From positions 71,445 to 135,444 of the IMG/VR virus record IMGVR_UViG_3300029258_005166: a stretch of DNA of 64,000 nucleotides. One strand, given 5' to 3'. Numbering within the stretch: the stretch's first letter is position 1; each line of letters opens with the position of its first letter. Below are positions 27,346-37,683 of the stretch, piece by piece. The notes below the pieces were generated by a model. It had not been told where the DNA came from, did not search any database, and saw only the letters and a program-made list of their open reading frames with translations. This DNA is from a virus. The position numbers and the translations under genes were made by a program.

Positions 27346-29077
27346 CGACTAAGTCTGGTTCCTTGCCGTGATTCATCTTGTACGTTTGAGGAGTCACAGC
27401 AGCGGGACAATAAGGATTTTGCAATGCTGGCCACGTATCACTACCGCCCCAGTGGGCTAGTTGATCCGAGTCCGTTTCAATTGCTTTCTCTCCTTTGATC
27501 TTGTAATCACCAAAAGGTGTTGGGACATATGGATTGTTCAAAGCTGGAAAGACATCAGGTCCACCCAGATTGCCATATGCTCGATTTCTCATGAGGTCTG
27601 CTTCGCCACCCTTGTAACTGGCTCCATCACTGGCAGGAGCAACATCTCCCCAGTCGCCACTAGCATCTGCGGCGGGAGAATACTTCTGACGTGCTTTGTC
27701 AGCCATTGCGGGATGGTCACCACTGACTGTGATGTGTGGTGTGTTGCTGACGTTCCAATCCTTCGTTTCCAGATTGGTTTCAACCAATGTCCACAGCCAC
27801 TCAGCAGCAGATTCCGCAACCTCAAGAGTAGGTTCAACTTCTTGTTGAACGATGGGCAGAAGCTCGTTCAAGTGCATGGCGGCTTCCGCTCTCAGAGGAG
27901 CATTCTTTTGCTCTGTCGCTAATGTGTGAACGTGTCGAAGTGCTTCGTAAAGATCAATAAAAACTTGCATTTCGAGGGTTACGTTCTCATCAAGTGATGG
28001 ATAGAACTGGTCAACGACATTTTTGAAGACCAAGTAAGGATCTTCTGCATTCTCATCGACCCTAGCACCAGCGAGTTTCATCACTTTAGCTACACGATCA
28101 ACAAACGTGTGATGGGCTGTTCGCAGAATGCCTTCGGCCATGAAATCACACATTTGGTCGTCGTAGTTGCTTGCACCGGCCATTTCCAAAGCCGACTTGA
28201 TTGATTCGGAAAGTTCGTCTTGAGTTAAGTAAATGACTTGTGGCCACTTGCCAATAATGTTCTCAAGGGTTTCTTGCAGGCTGTTGTCGTCCGACAAAGC
28301 ATTGTGCCGCTTAAGTTCAGCGACCGCCTGGGCGAATTGAGCGTCTTCCGAAAGCGTCTTTGCATTCATTCTCTTGCAAACACAGTCGGTGTTGAGAGTC
28401 TTCCAATCAAAAGAAAGGAGCTTCATTTCGTTTCTCAGTCGTGTAGTAGGTACACGAACACCAACCGGGTTGCCTCGCTCGTCATATCTGACTCGGGACT
28501 CGTTAATAACGGGTCCATGTTCTTTGTAGTCAATGTACTCGAAAACATGCTGGCATATCTGGCCCCAAGATTGAAGTACGTTCTCCTTACAGGAGAAAGG
28601 CCCACAGGGCTTCTTCTTCTTTTTCTTCTTGGCAATCTTGCCTAGTACCCCGCCTTTCGGGATCTCTATAGCACGTTCTTCTTTCCTTTCAATAAAGGTT
28701 CTGCGAGTTCTTGGGAGAGCTAGATATTCACTAAACAACTGGTTTGCCTTCTCTTCTTTGTCTTCCATCAAAGCATCGAGCATTTGAGCAACAATTTCAC
28801 GTTGCTTTTTGTACTCGGTCTCTTCGTTAAGGACCAGTTCTTCAACATTATCAAATTCAATGTGGTTGTTCTTGACCTGATAATTGGCATGGATGTAATT
28901 GCCATCGCATGTCTCATAAAGAACGTCATTGGGTCCAAAACAATGAAGCTGGGCACAATTCAATTGCAGTGCCTTAGCTAAGATTGGAGCGGCTTCAGCC
29001 AGTTCGACTTCGGCGGACGATAGCGAATCCTCTTCGATTCTCTCAAAAACATCGTAATTGATGAGTTTTTTCTTCAT
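27335..29077 (-). CDS. Large head-module protein (putative core protein)
   Basis: 580 aa, coupled to the protease gene; function inferred from position. Confidence 0.55.
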   Translation of the reverse strand: MKKKLINYDVFERIEEDSLSSAEVELAEAAPILAKALQLNCAQLHCFGPNDVLYETCDGNYIHANYQVKNNHIEFDNVEELVLNEETEYKKQREIVAQMLDALMEDKEEKANQLFSEYLALPRTRRTFIERKEERAIEIPKGGVLGKIAKKKKKKKPCGPFSCKENVLQSWGQICQHVFEYIDYKEHGPVINESRVRYDERGNPVGVRVPTTRLRNEMKLLSFDWKTLNTDCVCKRMNAKTLSEDAQFAQAVAELKRHNALSDDNSLQETLENIIGKWPQVIYLTQDELSESIKSALEMAGASNYDDQMCDFMAEGILRTAHHTFVDRVAKVMKLAGARVDENAEDPYLVFKNVVDQFYPSLDENVTLEMQVFIDLYEALRHVHTLATEQKNAPLRAEAAMHLNELLPIVQQEVEPTLEVAESAAEWLWTLVETNLETKDWNVSNTPHITVSGDHPAMADKARQKYSPAADASGDWGDVAPASDGASYKGGEADLMRNRAYGNLGGPDVFPALNNPYVPTPFGDYKIKGEKAIETDSDQLAHWGGSDTWPALQNPYCPAAVTPQTYKMNHGKEPDLVVDQ

Positions 29078-29236
29078 GGTCGCTTTACTCCTGTTCGACT
29101 AGACTTCATTTTACCCATTCTGTCATGCACAGAGGTTGGATATTCAATGTCATTTCACATCGCAAATGCCTAAATAGAGGCGGATGTAACTATATTTATA
29201 GTATGCCGCAATCGCCAAAAACCGTGGGATTTAATA

Positions 29237-29536
29237 ATGAAAACATTTACTAGCTACATCAAGCTCCTAGAATCAGATGAGCTTGACACCCCAGAAAATC
29301 AAGACGATCTACTTGCAAAGCTTGTCCGACTGGCTTGGAGAAGATACGCACAAGAAACGAAAGACTTCTTTTCCCAATTAGGAAGCAAAGATCCCGATAT
29401 TAAAGATCTCCTAACAAAAGCCGAACGACCCACAGACGAAATGCCTCCAGATCGAGTGCCCGACGATCTGGGTGATGATATGGATGTCGTCGCACCACCC
29501 GCCGCAGATAGTAGTGCGGGATTACAAGAAGATTAG
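29237..29536 (+). CDS. Acidic putative internal head protein
   Basis: MKTFTSYIKLLE N-terminus. Confidence 0.55.
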   Translation: MKTFTSYIKLLESDELDTPENQDDLLAKLVRLAWRRYAQETKDFFSQLGSKDPDIKDLLTKAERPTDEMPPDRVPDDLGDDMDVVAPPAADSSAGLQED

Positions 29537-29543
29537 ATTTAAA

Positions 29544-29576
29544 AAGAGCCGCTCCCGCTTTGCGGGAGCGGCTCTT
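29544..29576. terminator. Perfect 15-bp palindrome, TTT loop, between convergent genes
   Basis: AAGAGCCGCTCCCGC-TTT-GCGGGAGCGGCTCTT. Confidence 0.85.
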
Positions 29577-29579
29577 ATT

Positions 29580-29807
29580 TTATCCCTTTCCCTTTGGATT
29601 TTTACCTTTCTTAAGGTTTTCCTTGTGGATGTCTCCCTTTTTGAATCTCATCGCTAGAGCTTTTCTCCTGGGAGTACAGGTTTTCTTTGTCATTGGTGTG
29701 CAGTATCCCTCATGTTCGGGATCGACAGCCTTTTGAATCCATTTTTTCTTGGCTTCGTCAAGAAGTTCAGGATCGATTTCTTCTAAAAAGTCGTTAAAAT
29801 TTCTCAT
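29580..29807 (-). CDS. Small basic putative internal head protein
   Basis: MRNFNDFLEE...LDE then KKWIQKAV; overlaps the portal stop. Confidence 0.6.
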   Translation of the reverse strand: MRNFNDFLEEIDPELLDEAKKKWIQKAVDPEHEGYCTPMTKKTCTPRRKALAMRFKKGDIHKENLKKGKNPKGKG

Positions 29808-32800
29808 TCTTCCTCGCTGTAATCTACATCTTCAGCGTCTTGCTGTTGACTGTAGTTTTGAATTTCAAGATCAAATCGTTTGATGTCTGCCGTTTCTACT
29901 TCTGGCAATGGTGAAGCACCACCACCCGCACCGGCTTCTGAACCTGGAGGTGTCCCTTCTACCCCCGGTTCACCTGGAGGTGCTTCTTCTGCTCCTGGTT
30001 CGCCGCCACCCAACATCGGGCTAGGTCCACCAGCTTCCGTTCCCATTTCTTGTTCACCGGATGGGGCTCCTGGTACACCGACGCCCATAAGCTGTGGATT
30101 CTGTCCGATGATTTGCAGTTTCAGTTCTTGTAGTTTCTGGATGGTATTGCGGGCGATGATCTGTTGAACCTCATCTTCCGGCATGTTCATAAAGCGTGTC
30201 AGAAGATCATAGTCGGCCATTATCATCGAACCTTTCAAGCTAGTAATGAAGTTCAATCGGGCTTGCAAAACTTCACTTCTACTCATTTCCCTCCAATCCG
30301 AGGGAGGAGTCATCCTAATCTCAAGATCTTGGTAGGATTCCTCAGGATATCCCCTGAGTTCCAGATGCCGTTCACAAACTTCGATAATACCATCCACATA
30401 ATGAGCCTGGATTCTTTCGATCATACGAGCGAATCGCACGTCTTGGGCCGAAAGAGAAATCCTTGTTTGTTGGGGATCGCTGTTGTTAAAATAATTCTGT
30501 GGAAAGTTTAAAGCGGTGAAAAGCTTGTTTCTGAAGTAGAGAGCATCGTCAATTTCACCAAGATTTTGGGCACCTTGGAGGGTGTCGATTCTCGTATTAG
30601 AATTGGGTCGAATCGGTAGCCAGTAATCTTCATCGGCTGCTGGAGCATGCCATCTTTCTTCAACGACATTGGCCCCTTGACCACCGCCTCTTGTTCTGGC
30701 GACTTTCTTTTTACGGAATTGATCTTTCATCTTTTCGATGAAAGCTTCTGCTTTAAATGGCGGAAGTTTTCCAACATCAATGTAGAAAATTCTTCTTTCT
30801 GGGGCTCGGGTATTGTGAACCGGAATCCCATTGGCTATGAAGTTGTGTTCTTTATTGTCTACTGTAATATCGTAGACCTCTTCCCTGCCTGCATGTTCGA
30901 CACTTTCTAGAGTTTCATATTCACCAAGCGGCTTTTTTGAAATATAGACAGCCCAGGCTTTTGTTGGAGGCATCGTCCTTCCAGGTTCAATTTCGTGTCC
31001 TCCATCTCGCTCGCGATATCGTATGTGCCCGCTCGCCAAACCGGCAGAATGCCAAAGTTCCTTGATGTCTTCTATAAGTTGCTTATTGGCCATTTCGAAC
31101 TCGGCAGTCCATAAACCCGAAGGCAAGATCTTAATGGCCGCATCCGCATCTGCAAGACCTTCTAGAAAAGCTATTCTGATATGTTTCGGAGCCGAGAATA
31201 CCCATTCGGGGATTCTTTTTGCATAAGTGCCGGGAATATACCCCATCTTTTTAAGGATTCTGGACCCCACAACAGAATGAACACAGAAATTACCGAGTCC
31301 CTCTGTTTTGCGTTTTCTGCGTTCTTGATTGAAACCAACTTTGCCAAAGTATCTTTTAAGTAATTTGGCATATCTAGAGTTAACTTCGTGATCGGAACCG
31401 GCAGAAAACGCAATGGCATATTCGTTTTTCCTCACACTCCCGTCGCCTATAAGGAATCCGAACAATCTTGCAAAATCGTTGTCTACAAAATCTGGCAATT
31501 TGATTTTTTCTGGTTTAATTTCACCCTTATTCTGAACTTTAAGATTTTCAGGGTTTAGACCGAAAACATCGCAAACTTCAGTGGCTTGGTCATAAGGCAA
31601 CGCTTTTCCTTCGCTATAAAGAAATTGTTTGGTTCTGCCGGGGGTGCTTTGACACAGTCTCATCAATTCGCTTTTATTTTGATATTTTTTCTCGCGAAAC
31701 AGTTTTCTCTGCCCCCGACTGAGTTTAGCCCATTTTTCTCCGACAATTCTTGGAATCGCTACTGGCTTATTGCTCTCTCTCGTTACATTGATTAGTTGGT
31801 CTCGGCCCGGAATCAAATCTTGCACATCAACGTATTGAATGATTCCGTTTCGGCTCACCAATACAGGATGGGTTCCCGTGGCCCGAAGGTCATTGTGTTT
31901 AGATTTTATTCGATAGACATCCTTTTCCCCATTGTTGATAACGGCTCTCACGCGAGATCTTACTGTTCTGTCTTGCTCTTTGGTGAAGGTTATGTCGCCA
32001 ATACGGATATCCTTAATGTACTTCCATCCTTCATCGACTCGGATTCTAGCATCACCAGTCAAACAGAGTCGGTAGACTACCATTGCATCTTCCATCAGCC
32101 TTAATTGATGGGCGGGCCCGCGAGCAGGCTCGATCAAAGATTGTCCATATGGATAAAATGCTTTGCGATCATCTCCAATTCGGAAATGAACGATTTGTTT
32201 TGGAGCAAAGCGAATGGCGGTGGATTGTTGTAGATCCGCCTCCGTTGCTTTTGTTACTTCGTTTCGTGTAAGGGCTTGATAGTCGGGACCATCTTTACCT
32301 TGCTGAAACTCAACCAAGCGACACTTGGTAGTTTCGATTCGGTACATGCTATCCGGTGGTAGTTCCTGTACACCAAGGATTCCGTCCTTTGGATTCTCTG
32401 GGTTGGTCAGAAGTTCATAGAAACCATCACCAAAGATACACAATCTTTTCAGGTAATTCCATGATCTTCGGTCAAGATTGAGCATTCTTCTACTGAACAA
32501 AAGCCACTCTAGTTCCTTCTTGATTTCCTGGCTTTTGCACTTAAGTTCGAATACATGGCCATTGTCCCCAATCTGGCAGTTATGAACGATCCCGGCACTA
32601 TCGGTACAAAAATTCTCATGATCTTTGACCGAAAGGTCATAAACATTAACTTCGTCATGTCGTTCGATATTGACTATTCGTTTGAAATCATGTTTACGAC
32701 TTAATTCCCGATATTCGGCCATCGTAAAGCCAGCCTCTTCAATCCATTTTTTGAATCGATCCCATTTGATGCCCGTGACTCTTTCGACTTCGGTAGTTGT

Positions 32801-33586
32801 TGCTCCATCTTCAAGCAATCGGGCAGCCATATTGACACGACTTTGTCGTTTGGTAACCTCTCCAGTTCGCCATTCATCTATGAACTGTCTTTCGCCTTTC
32901 CATCCGTCTTTGTAGGTGAAAATTCTTGGGAATACGTTTTTGGTTAACTTGTTAACGATGCGATTGGCATCCATTTTGTAAAATGCCTTCATCTCATCGT
33001 ACATCTCGATGCCTCCCATCTCGATCCAGGTTCCATCCATTCGCAGAACTCGGTGGTCATCGGTAGCTATAAGTTGTGTGCCATCATGAAAGGTCACGCG
33101 AATTGTTTTGGCTTTTTTTACGAATCGAGGTTCATAAGCCCAGGCAAGAGTGTAATCGTCTTTGTCAAAATCCCAGGCATATACTAGGAATGGTTTTGGA
33201 TTCTTTTTCCATTCCCTAGCCAGTTTTGCAATTTTTACATAGCCATCCCAAACGGTTGCCACTTTGGTATTAGCCCCCACACAAGCCTCTTCGGCAATTA
33301 CGGTCATTGCCATTTCGATTTCAGCCAGATTTCGTAGACGCTCGTATTCTTTGTATCGAGCCAATCGGTTGGTGACGGTAGATAGGTCAATAAAATCATT
33401 ACTATCGTGAAGTCGGATGCTGCCACGGGGGCCACCACCCCAAGCTTCGCCTCGCAAATCGGGGATCGCCTCAGGCATACCGATACCGGCACCACTTGGT
33501 TTACCCTTGGTTATGTTCCTTTGCTTTTCCAGGGGACCTTGTTCAAAGTTGTAGGTCCAAAGTTTATAAAAATCCCACCACGGCAT
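29804..33586 (-). CDS. Portal protein, T4 gp20-like, with two inteins (607 aa after splicing)
   Basis: QLRLMEDAMVVYRL/TRAPERRIFYIDVG, EDYWLP, IDTL.GA.NLGEIDD, DVRFAR. Confidence 0.95.
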   Translation of the reverse strand: MPWWDFYKLWTYNFEQGPLEKQRNITKGKPSGAGIGMPEAIPDLRGEAWGGGPRGSIRLHDSNDFIDLSTVTNRLARYKEYERLRNLAEIEMAMTVIAEEACVGANTKVATVWDGYVKIAKLAREWKKNPKPFLVYAWDFDKDDYTLAWAYEPRFVKKAKTIRVTFHDGTQLIATDDHRVLRMDGTWIEMGGIEMYDEMKAFYKMDANRIVNKLTKNVFPRIFTYKDGWKGERQFIDEWRTGEVTKRQSRVNMAARLLEDGATTTEVERVTGIKWDRFKKWIEEAGFTMAEYRELSRKHDFKRIVNIERHDEVNVYDLSVKDHENFCTDSAGIVHNCQIGDNGHVFELKCKSQEIKKELEWLLFSRRMLNLDRRSWNYLKRLCIFGDGFYELLTNPENPKDGILGVQELPPDSMYRIETTKCRLVEFQQGKDGPDYQALTRNEVTKATEADLQQSTAIRFAPKQIVHFRIGDDRKAFYPYGQSLIEPARGPAHQLRLMEDAMVVYRLCLTGDARIRVDEGWKYIKDIRIGDITFTKEQDRTVRSRVRAVINNGEKDVYRIKSKHNDLRATGTHPVLVSRNGIIQYVDVQDLIPGRDQLINVTRESNKPVAIPRIVGEKWAKLSRGQRKLFREKKYQNKSELMRLCQSTPGRTKQFLYSEGKALPYDQATEVCDVFGLNPENLKVQNKGEIKPEKIKLPDFVDNDFARLFGFLIGDGSVRKNEYAIAFSAGSDHEVNSRYAKLLKRYFGKVGFNQERRKRKTEGLGNFCVHSVVGSRILKKMGYIPGTYAKRIPEWVFSAPKHIRIAFLEGLADADAAIKILPSGLWTAEFEMANKQLIEDIKELWHSAGLASGHIRYRERDGGHEIEPGRTMPPTKAWAVYISKKPLGEYETLESVEHAGREEVYDITVDNKEHNFIANGIPVHNTRAPERRIFYIDVGKLPPFKAEAFIEKMKDQFRKKKVARTRGGGQGANVVEERWHAPAADEDYWLPIRPNSNTRIDTLQGAQNLGEIDDALYFRNKLFTALNFPQNYFNNSDPQQTRISLSAQDVRFARMIERIQAHYVDGIIEVCERHLELRGYPEESYQDLEIRMTPPSDWREMSRSEVLQARLNFITSLKGSMIMADYDLLTRFMNMPEDEVQQIIARNTIQKLQELKLQIIGQNPQLMGVGVPGAPSGEQEMGTEAGGPSPMLGGGEPGAEEAPPGEPGVEGTPPGSEAGAGGGASPLPEVETADIKRFDLEIQNYSQQQDAEDVDYSEEE
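30812..32065 (-). mobile_element. Intein 2 in portal (418 aa, LAGLIDADG endonuclease)
   Basis: CLTGD...IPVHN|T; LFGFLIGDG and FLEGLADAD motifs. Confidence 0.92.
32579..33283 (-). mobile_element. Intein 1 in portal (235 aa, no intact endonuclease)
   Basis: CVGANT...ATDDH...VYDLSV...IVHN|C. Confidence 0.9.
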
Positions 33587-33645
33587 GTATTACCTCTCTT
33601 TTCTAGTTGCCGTATTTATCTACCGCCTACACTCTTATTTATTAC

Positions 33646-34248
33646 ATGAAGAATGTTGTTTTTATCATGAGCCACTTCGGGTCGGGATCGTTCGATCTTG
33701 TTCGAATGATGAACCGTAATCCCCGAATCACTATCGAAAATTCGGGAGCCAGATATTACCATCCCGATGACCTGGAATGGCTTTTTTCGAAGGAGCATAA
33801 GCTCAAAAATGCGGCTGCAATCTATGGTGACCATATTCTCCTAAATGCTAATTTTGCGTGTGATGCATTGCTAAAAGCCTATAAATTCATCTATGTGATC
33901 CGTTCGGCCAAAATGGCTCTAAATCGGATCGTAACCCAAAGTAAGTTTTCAGAGAAAAACACTCTTTCGTATTACGCATTTCGTCTTACTCGCATCTCCG
34001 AAATGGCAAAAGCTACTCCCGGAGCCGTCCTTCTAACGTGGGAGGATTTGACAAGTGCCACGGGTCTGCCGCTTATAGAAGAGTATTTGGGGCTCAAGAC
34101 ACAATTAGAACCCACAATAGACGAATTTGTGCAAGACGAGACCCAAACACAGTGTAATCTACCTTCAGAGCTAATTCAGCAGGGACAAGAAGCATATGAG
34201 CGATATTTGTACTATTTGAAGCAATTAGATCTCAGGTCTAATCTGTGA
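33646..34248 (+). CDS. Divergent sulfotransferase/P-loop-like protein
   Basis: FIMSHFGSGS, FIYVIR, LTWEDL, IEEYLGL pattern. Confidence 0.5.
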   Translation: MKNVVFIMSHFGSGSFDLVRMMNRNPRITIENSGARYYHPDDLEWLFSKEHKLKNAAAIYGDHILLNANFACDALLKAYKFIYVIRSAKMALNRIVTQSKFSEKNTLSYYAFRLTRISEMAKATPGAVLLTWEDLTSATGLPLIEEYLGLKTQLEPTIDEFVQDETQTQCNLPSELIQQGQEAYERYLYYLKQLDLRSNL

Positions 34249-34576
34249 GGATGTCCATATCCGGTTCTTGGTCCTTGTTCTGGATTTCTCGGATTTTTTG
34301 TTCTTGCTCTCCAATCATCTTGTCGATATTGGCGATAACGTTGTCTCTCTGTTGTGGGTTAAGTGGTGGAGCCATCATCTGACTGCTTTGTAGATCGAAC
34401 TCCCACTTTTGACGAGGGGTCATTTGTGATCCCCTCTTACATCTTCGGTTTTCAACCTTGTCAATTTCGTTAATAGCCCGAAACATATGGTAACGAGCAT
34501 CTCTTAACGCAAAATCTTCAGGTAGAAGCCGGATCGCCTCTTCGATTAGTTTCTTAGTTCTTTCAGTATTGTTTTT
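34238..34576 (-). CDS. Hypothetical protein
   Basis: ORF between terminase and portal. Confidence 0.6.
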   Translation of the reverse strand, partial: KNNTERTKKLIEEAIRLLPEDFALRDARYHMFRAINEIDKVENRRCKRGSQMTPRQKWEFDLQSSQMMAPPLNPQQRDNVIANIDKMIGEQEQKIREIQNKDQEPDMDILTD

Positions 34577-35484
34577 CATATTTCCCTTGAAACGTGTTTC
34601 CACGATCTTCCTTTAATGATATTGCCCGCATTGCCAACGGTGGTTCCCTTAATTTTGGCAATATTGCTTAAAAGCATCCCTTCTGTCCTTAATCTAATTA
34701 TATCTCGTACATCTTCTTCTGTTAGCTTTGTCGCGTTGTTTTGACTGCCGCATTGATTGCCATGGTATTTTCTTTTTGCTTGTTGGAAGCACATTTTGTC
34801 GGACGATTTGTTATTCGCGATCCATTGGTTTTTACACTTGTTGTTGCAAAACCTTTGTCGCTTTTCTTTTCTCACAAACATTTCATGGCATTGCTCGCAC
34901 TGATGTTTCGGGGCCGGTAATCCTGGATAATCTTTGTTTAAGTCTATACCAAGTGCTTTAAGCTCTTTTCTTTGCAAAACAACTAGCGTTCCGGGATAAT
35001 GTTCTTTGAATAGAGAGATTTTTCGTTGGCTTTCTTCGGTAAGCCAGCCTTTGATTTCGACATAGTGATTTTTTTCTATCCAAAAATCAGGCGTGTATGC
35101 TGATCCATTTGGCAATACAAATGTTTCGGGCTCATATTCCCATGTTATGCCTTGATCGGTTAAAAAGTAAGCAAAGGCAACTTCCCAGCGGCTTCTCATA
35201 GAGACCGTAGTTCCATCAGGGCATTTGACCCAATATCTTTTCTTGCTTCTGGATTTCTTACCAAAATTGGGATGATTTGAACCCCGTTTAGATTCGCTAA
35301 TTTTACGCCTATGGTCGGACGAGAATTTGTGTCCTTTTTTAAATCCCGGTTTACGAGTTCGGATTTTGTATTTGTTAATGTATTTGTTGATGGTGCTATA
35401 AGCACAATCTTTAATTTGGGCAATTTCTTGCATTGTTAATTTTTGTTTGGCATACAATTCAATCAATTCTTGTTTCCCAATCAT
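34576..35484 (-). CDS. NUMOD3/HTH PD-(D/E)XK homing-type endonuclease
   Basis: HRRKISES..G..HPNFGK; MRSRWE..WEYEP..YTPDF..EIKG. Confidence 0.8.
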   Translation of the reverse strand: MIGKQELIELYAKQKLTMQEIAQIKDCAYSTINKYINKYKIRTRKPGFKKGHKFSSDHRRKISESKRGSNHPNFGKKSRSKKRYWVKCPDGTTVSMRSRWEVAFAYFLTDQGITWEYEPETFVLPNGSAYTPDFWIEKNHYVEIKGWLTEESQRKISLFKEHYPGTLVVLQRKELKALGIDLNKDYPGLPAPKHQCEQCHEMFVRKEKRQRFCNNKCKNQWIANNKSSDKMCFQQAKRKYHGNQCGSQNNATKLTEEDVRDIIRLRTEGMLLSNIAKIKGTTVGNAGNIIKGRSWKHVSREI

Positions 35485-35485
35485 A

Positions 35486-37378
35486 TCAACAATAATAGAG
35501 TAGACTACCAGCCAAAAACAACCAGTTTATCATCCAGCCGAACTCACGGAGTAATTTATCGTGTTTTCTCTTAATATTAAAAGTAACTGGAGCCAAAAGT
35601 TCATCTGAATCCGGGGCCAAAATAGGATCTTCAGATTCTATGGCAAGCCAATCCTTTTGACTGCCTTCTATGATCTCCTGCTGAATTTCCTTATACATTT
35701 CCGATTTAAAGATTTTAGTCATCTCTTCAGGGACATCGGCCCCAACCGGAATACCCTGCATTTGTTCATCTCGCACACGTAATGCAAAACAGGAAGCCAT
35801 AATGGCATCGTCATGCTTGCCCTTTGTTGCCTCGGCCTTTTTCTTTTGAGGATTGTAGACAAAAGTTTTTAATTCATGAACGAATCTTTGGCTGTTGATT
35901 CTGGCCGTGTTGTTGTGTAGTCGTTGTTGTAGAGCCTCCAAATACAGAGAGCGATTCGTTACTTGAATCTTGATTCCAGGGGTATTGACAACAACTTTTT
36001 TGGTTTCATAGTGAAGGTTTTCGTAGGCCAAATCGTTTTGAAGCATGCTTACTATCGCTCCACCGTAAGAATTGTTTTCTACAACGACTAAAGCAGTATT
36101 ATAGAATTGCCCAAGCTGATGAATAATTTGAGCGTAGATGTATGGTGGCACAAGATTACTGTAAAATTCAGCAACTTGCTCCAAGGTAGATATATCGAAT
36201 ACCTCAAAACATTGGTTGTCGTCGCCTTTGCCCTCCGAAGAATCCACTCCTATTATGTATTCCTGGCCGTCTTGAGGCTCTTTCCAAATCCAAAGGGCTC
36301 CATCTGGCCATTTTTGCTTTTTGGCATCTCTGTTTGTCCATTTTTCAAAAGCGGTTCTAATTGGAGGGCTGGCTTTAGTATATCTGTTTAGTTGACCAAT
36401 GATGTGGGGTGATATAAAAGTCTCTCCAGATCCGAGGAAGTCGCGAAGAATCTCTTGCTGCCACTTTTTCTCGCCAAGGTTTGCTTTTGTAATATCAGCC
36501 CATTCTGGATTGGCATAGACCGGATGTTCCCAATAATCAATGTCGATTACATTGAAAAAGTTTTCGTTCGCTTGGGCACCATGATACATTTCCTCATACC
36601 AGTTACCTAAGCCATTGACTGTGGAAACAACATTGATTTTTCCCCCCGTAGCGACAACTGGATACATAGCCTTCCAGTGATCGTTCATGCCCGGAATGAA
36701 GGCGGCCTCATCAATGATAATTAAACTAGCTGATTTACCACGGGCAGCTTCCGGTGTGTAAAAGCAAATTTTAGAGCCGAGATCATGGAATTGTTTTTCG
36801 TGTTTGCTAATGTCAGCCTTTTCACGGTCATACATCCAAGTTGGGAAATTATCCATCGCTTTCTTTGCGATATCCCCGGCTGCCAGAGCTTCGCGGTCTG
36901 TTTTTGACAGAACGTAGATTTGTTGATCTTTCCTAAACATCGCTTGCCATAGCCCATAGAGTACCGCAACGGTAGTCAAACCCCCCTGTCGGAACTTGGA
37001 GACCATATTGTATTTGTGATTTCGATAGCAATCGATCACTCGCCGCTGATATTTGTAAAGCACGAATGGAATTGTTCCGTGTACCGGATGCAGAATTTTG
37101 ACGTACCGGTGACAGAAGTAGTAGAAGCTTTGCATTATTTTCATCACTTCTTCGACTTGTTTCTCGGGCGAGAAGTAATTTTGGTCGTCTGTTGTTTCGC
37201 CTATTGGTATTTCCAATTCATATTGGTCTAATTCGTAGTAGTTCGAATAGACCTTTTTCCACTCCCGATGTTTGACTAGTTCTTTTACGGAATCAAACTG
37301 GACATAGAAGTCCTCGAAATTCTGGGTTGGGTAAATCAGATCAACAGGCCTTTTGGGCAAAGACTGAAATTCATCCAT
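35486..37378 (-). CDS. Terminase large subunit, T4 gp17-like
   Basis: LYKYQ, KFRQGGLTT, IIDEAAF, STVNG, IIGVD, VVENN, HDD. Confidence 0.95.
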   Translation of the reverse strand: MDEFQSLPKRPVDLIYPTQNFEDFYVQFDSVKELVKHREWKKVYSNYYELDQYELEIPIGETTDDQNYFSPEKQVEEVMKIMQSFYYFCHRYVKILHPVHGTIPFVLYKYQRRVIDCYRNHKYNMVSKFRQGGLTTVAVLYGLWQAMFRKDQQIYVLSKTDREALAAGDIAKKAMDNFPTWMYDREKADISKHEKQFHDLGSKICFYTPEAARGKSASLIIIDEAAFIPGMNDHWKAMYPVVATGGKINVVSTVNGLGNWYEEMYHGAQANENFFNVIDIDYWEHPVYANPEWADITKANLGEKKWQQEILRDFLGSGETFISPHIIGQLNRYTKASPPIRTAFEKWTNRDAKKQKWPDGALWIWKEPQDGQEYIIGVDSSEGKGDDNQCFEVFDISTLEQVAEFYSNLVPPYIYAQIIHQLGQFYNTALVVVENNSYGGAIVSMLQNDLAYENLHYETKKVVVNTPGIKIQVTNRSLYLEALQQRLHNNTARINSQRFVHELKTFVYNPQKKKAEATKGKHDDAIMASCFALRVRDEQMQGIPVGADVPEEMTKIFKSEMYKEIQQEIIEGSQKDWLAIESEDPILAPDSDELLAPVTFNIKRKHDKLLREFGWMINWLFLAGSLLYYC

Positions 37379-37428
37379 ATTTTCTCCTTCTAGTTGCTCA
37401 TTTATATAGGAATCAAAAAGAGGGAATT

Positions 37429-37683
37429 ATGCCGAAGAACTCTGAAAACCCATCTAAAACCAAAAAATTCTTCATTGGTCCCATCGTTGGTACTACTGGT
37501 TTTTTAGCTCTTACCTTGCAAGCCATTTGGTATGCATTGGTTTCTTTTTTCACTGGCCAATGGATCAAGAGACAACAGCGGGGGCAAAAGAAAGAACAGC
37601 CACAAGAGCAAAAAAAAGAAGAAAAAGAAGAAATGGATAATGGTTGGGTTGATCCGTTGAAATCAAGAAAGAGAAAATCATGA
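37429..37683 (+). CDS. Small membrane protein
   Basis: Hydrophobic segment then charged tail; GAGGG RBS. Confidence 0.5.
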   Translation: MPKNSENPSKTKKFFIGPIVGTTGFLALTLQAIWYALVSFFTGQWIKRQQRGQKKEQPQEQKKEEKEEMDNGWVDPLKSRKRKS

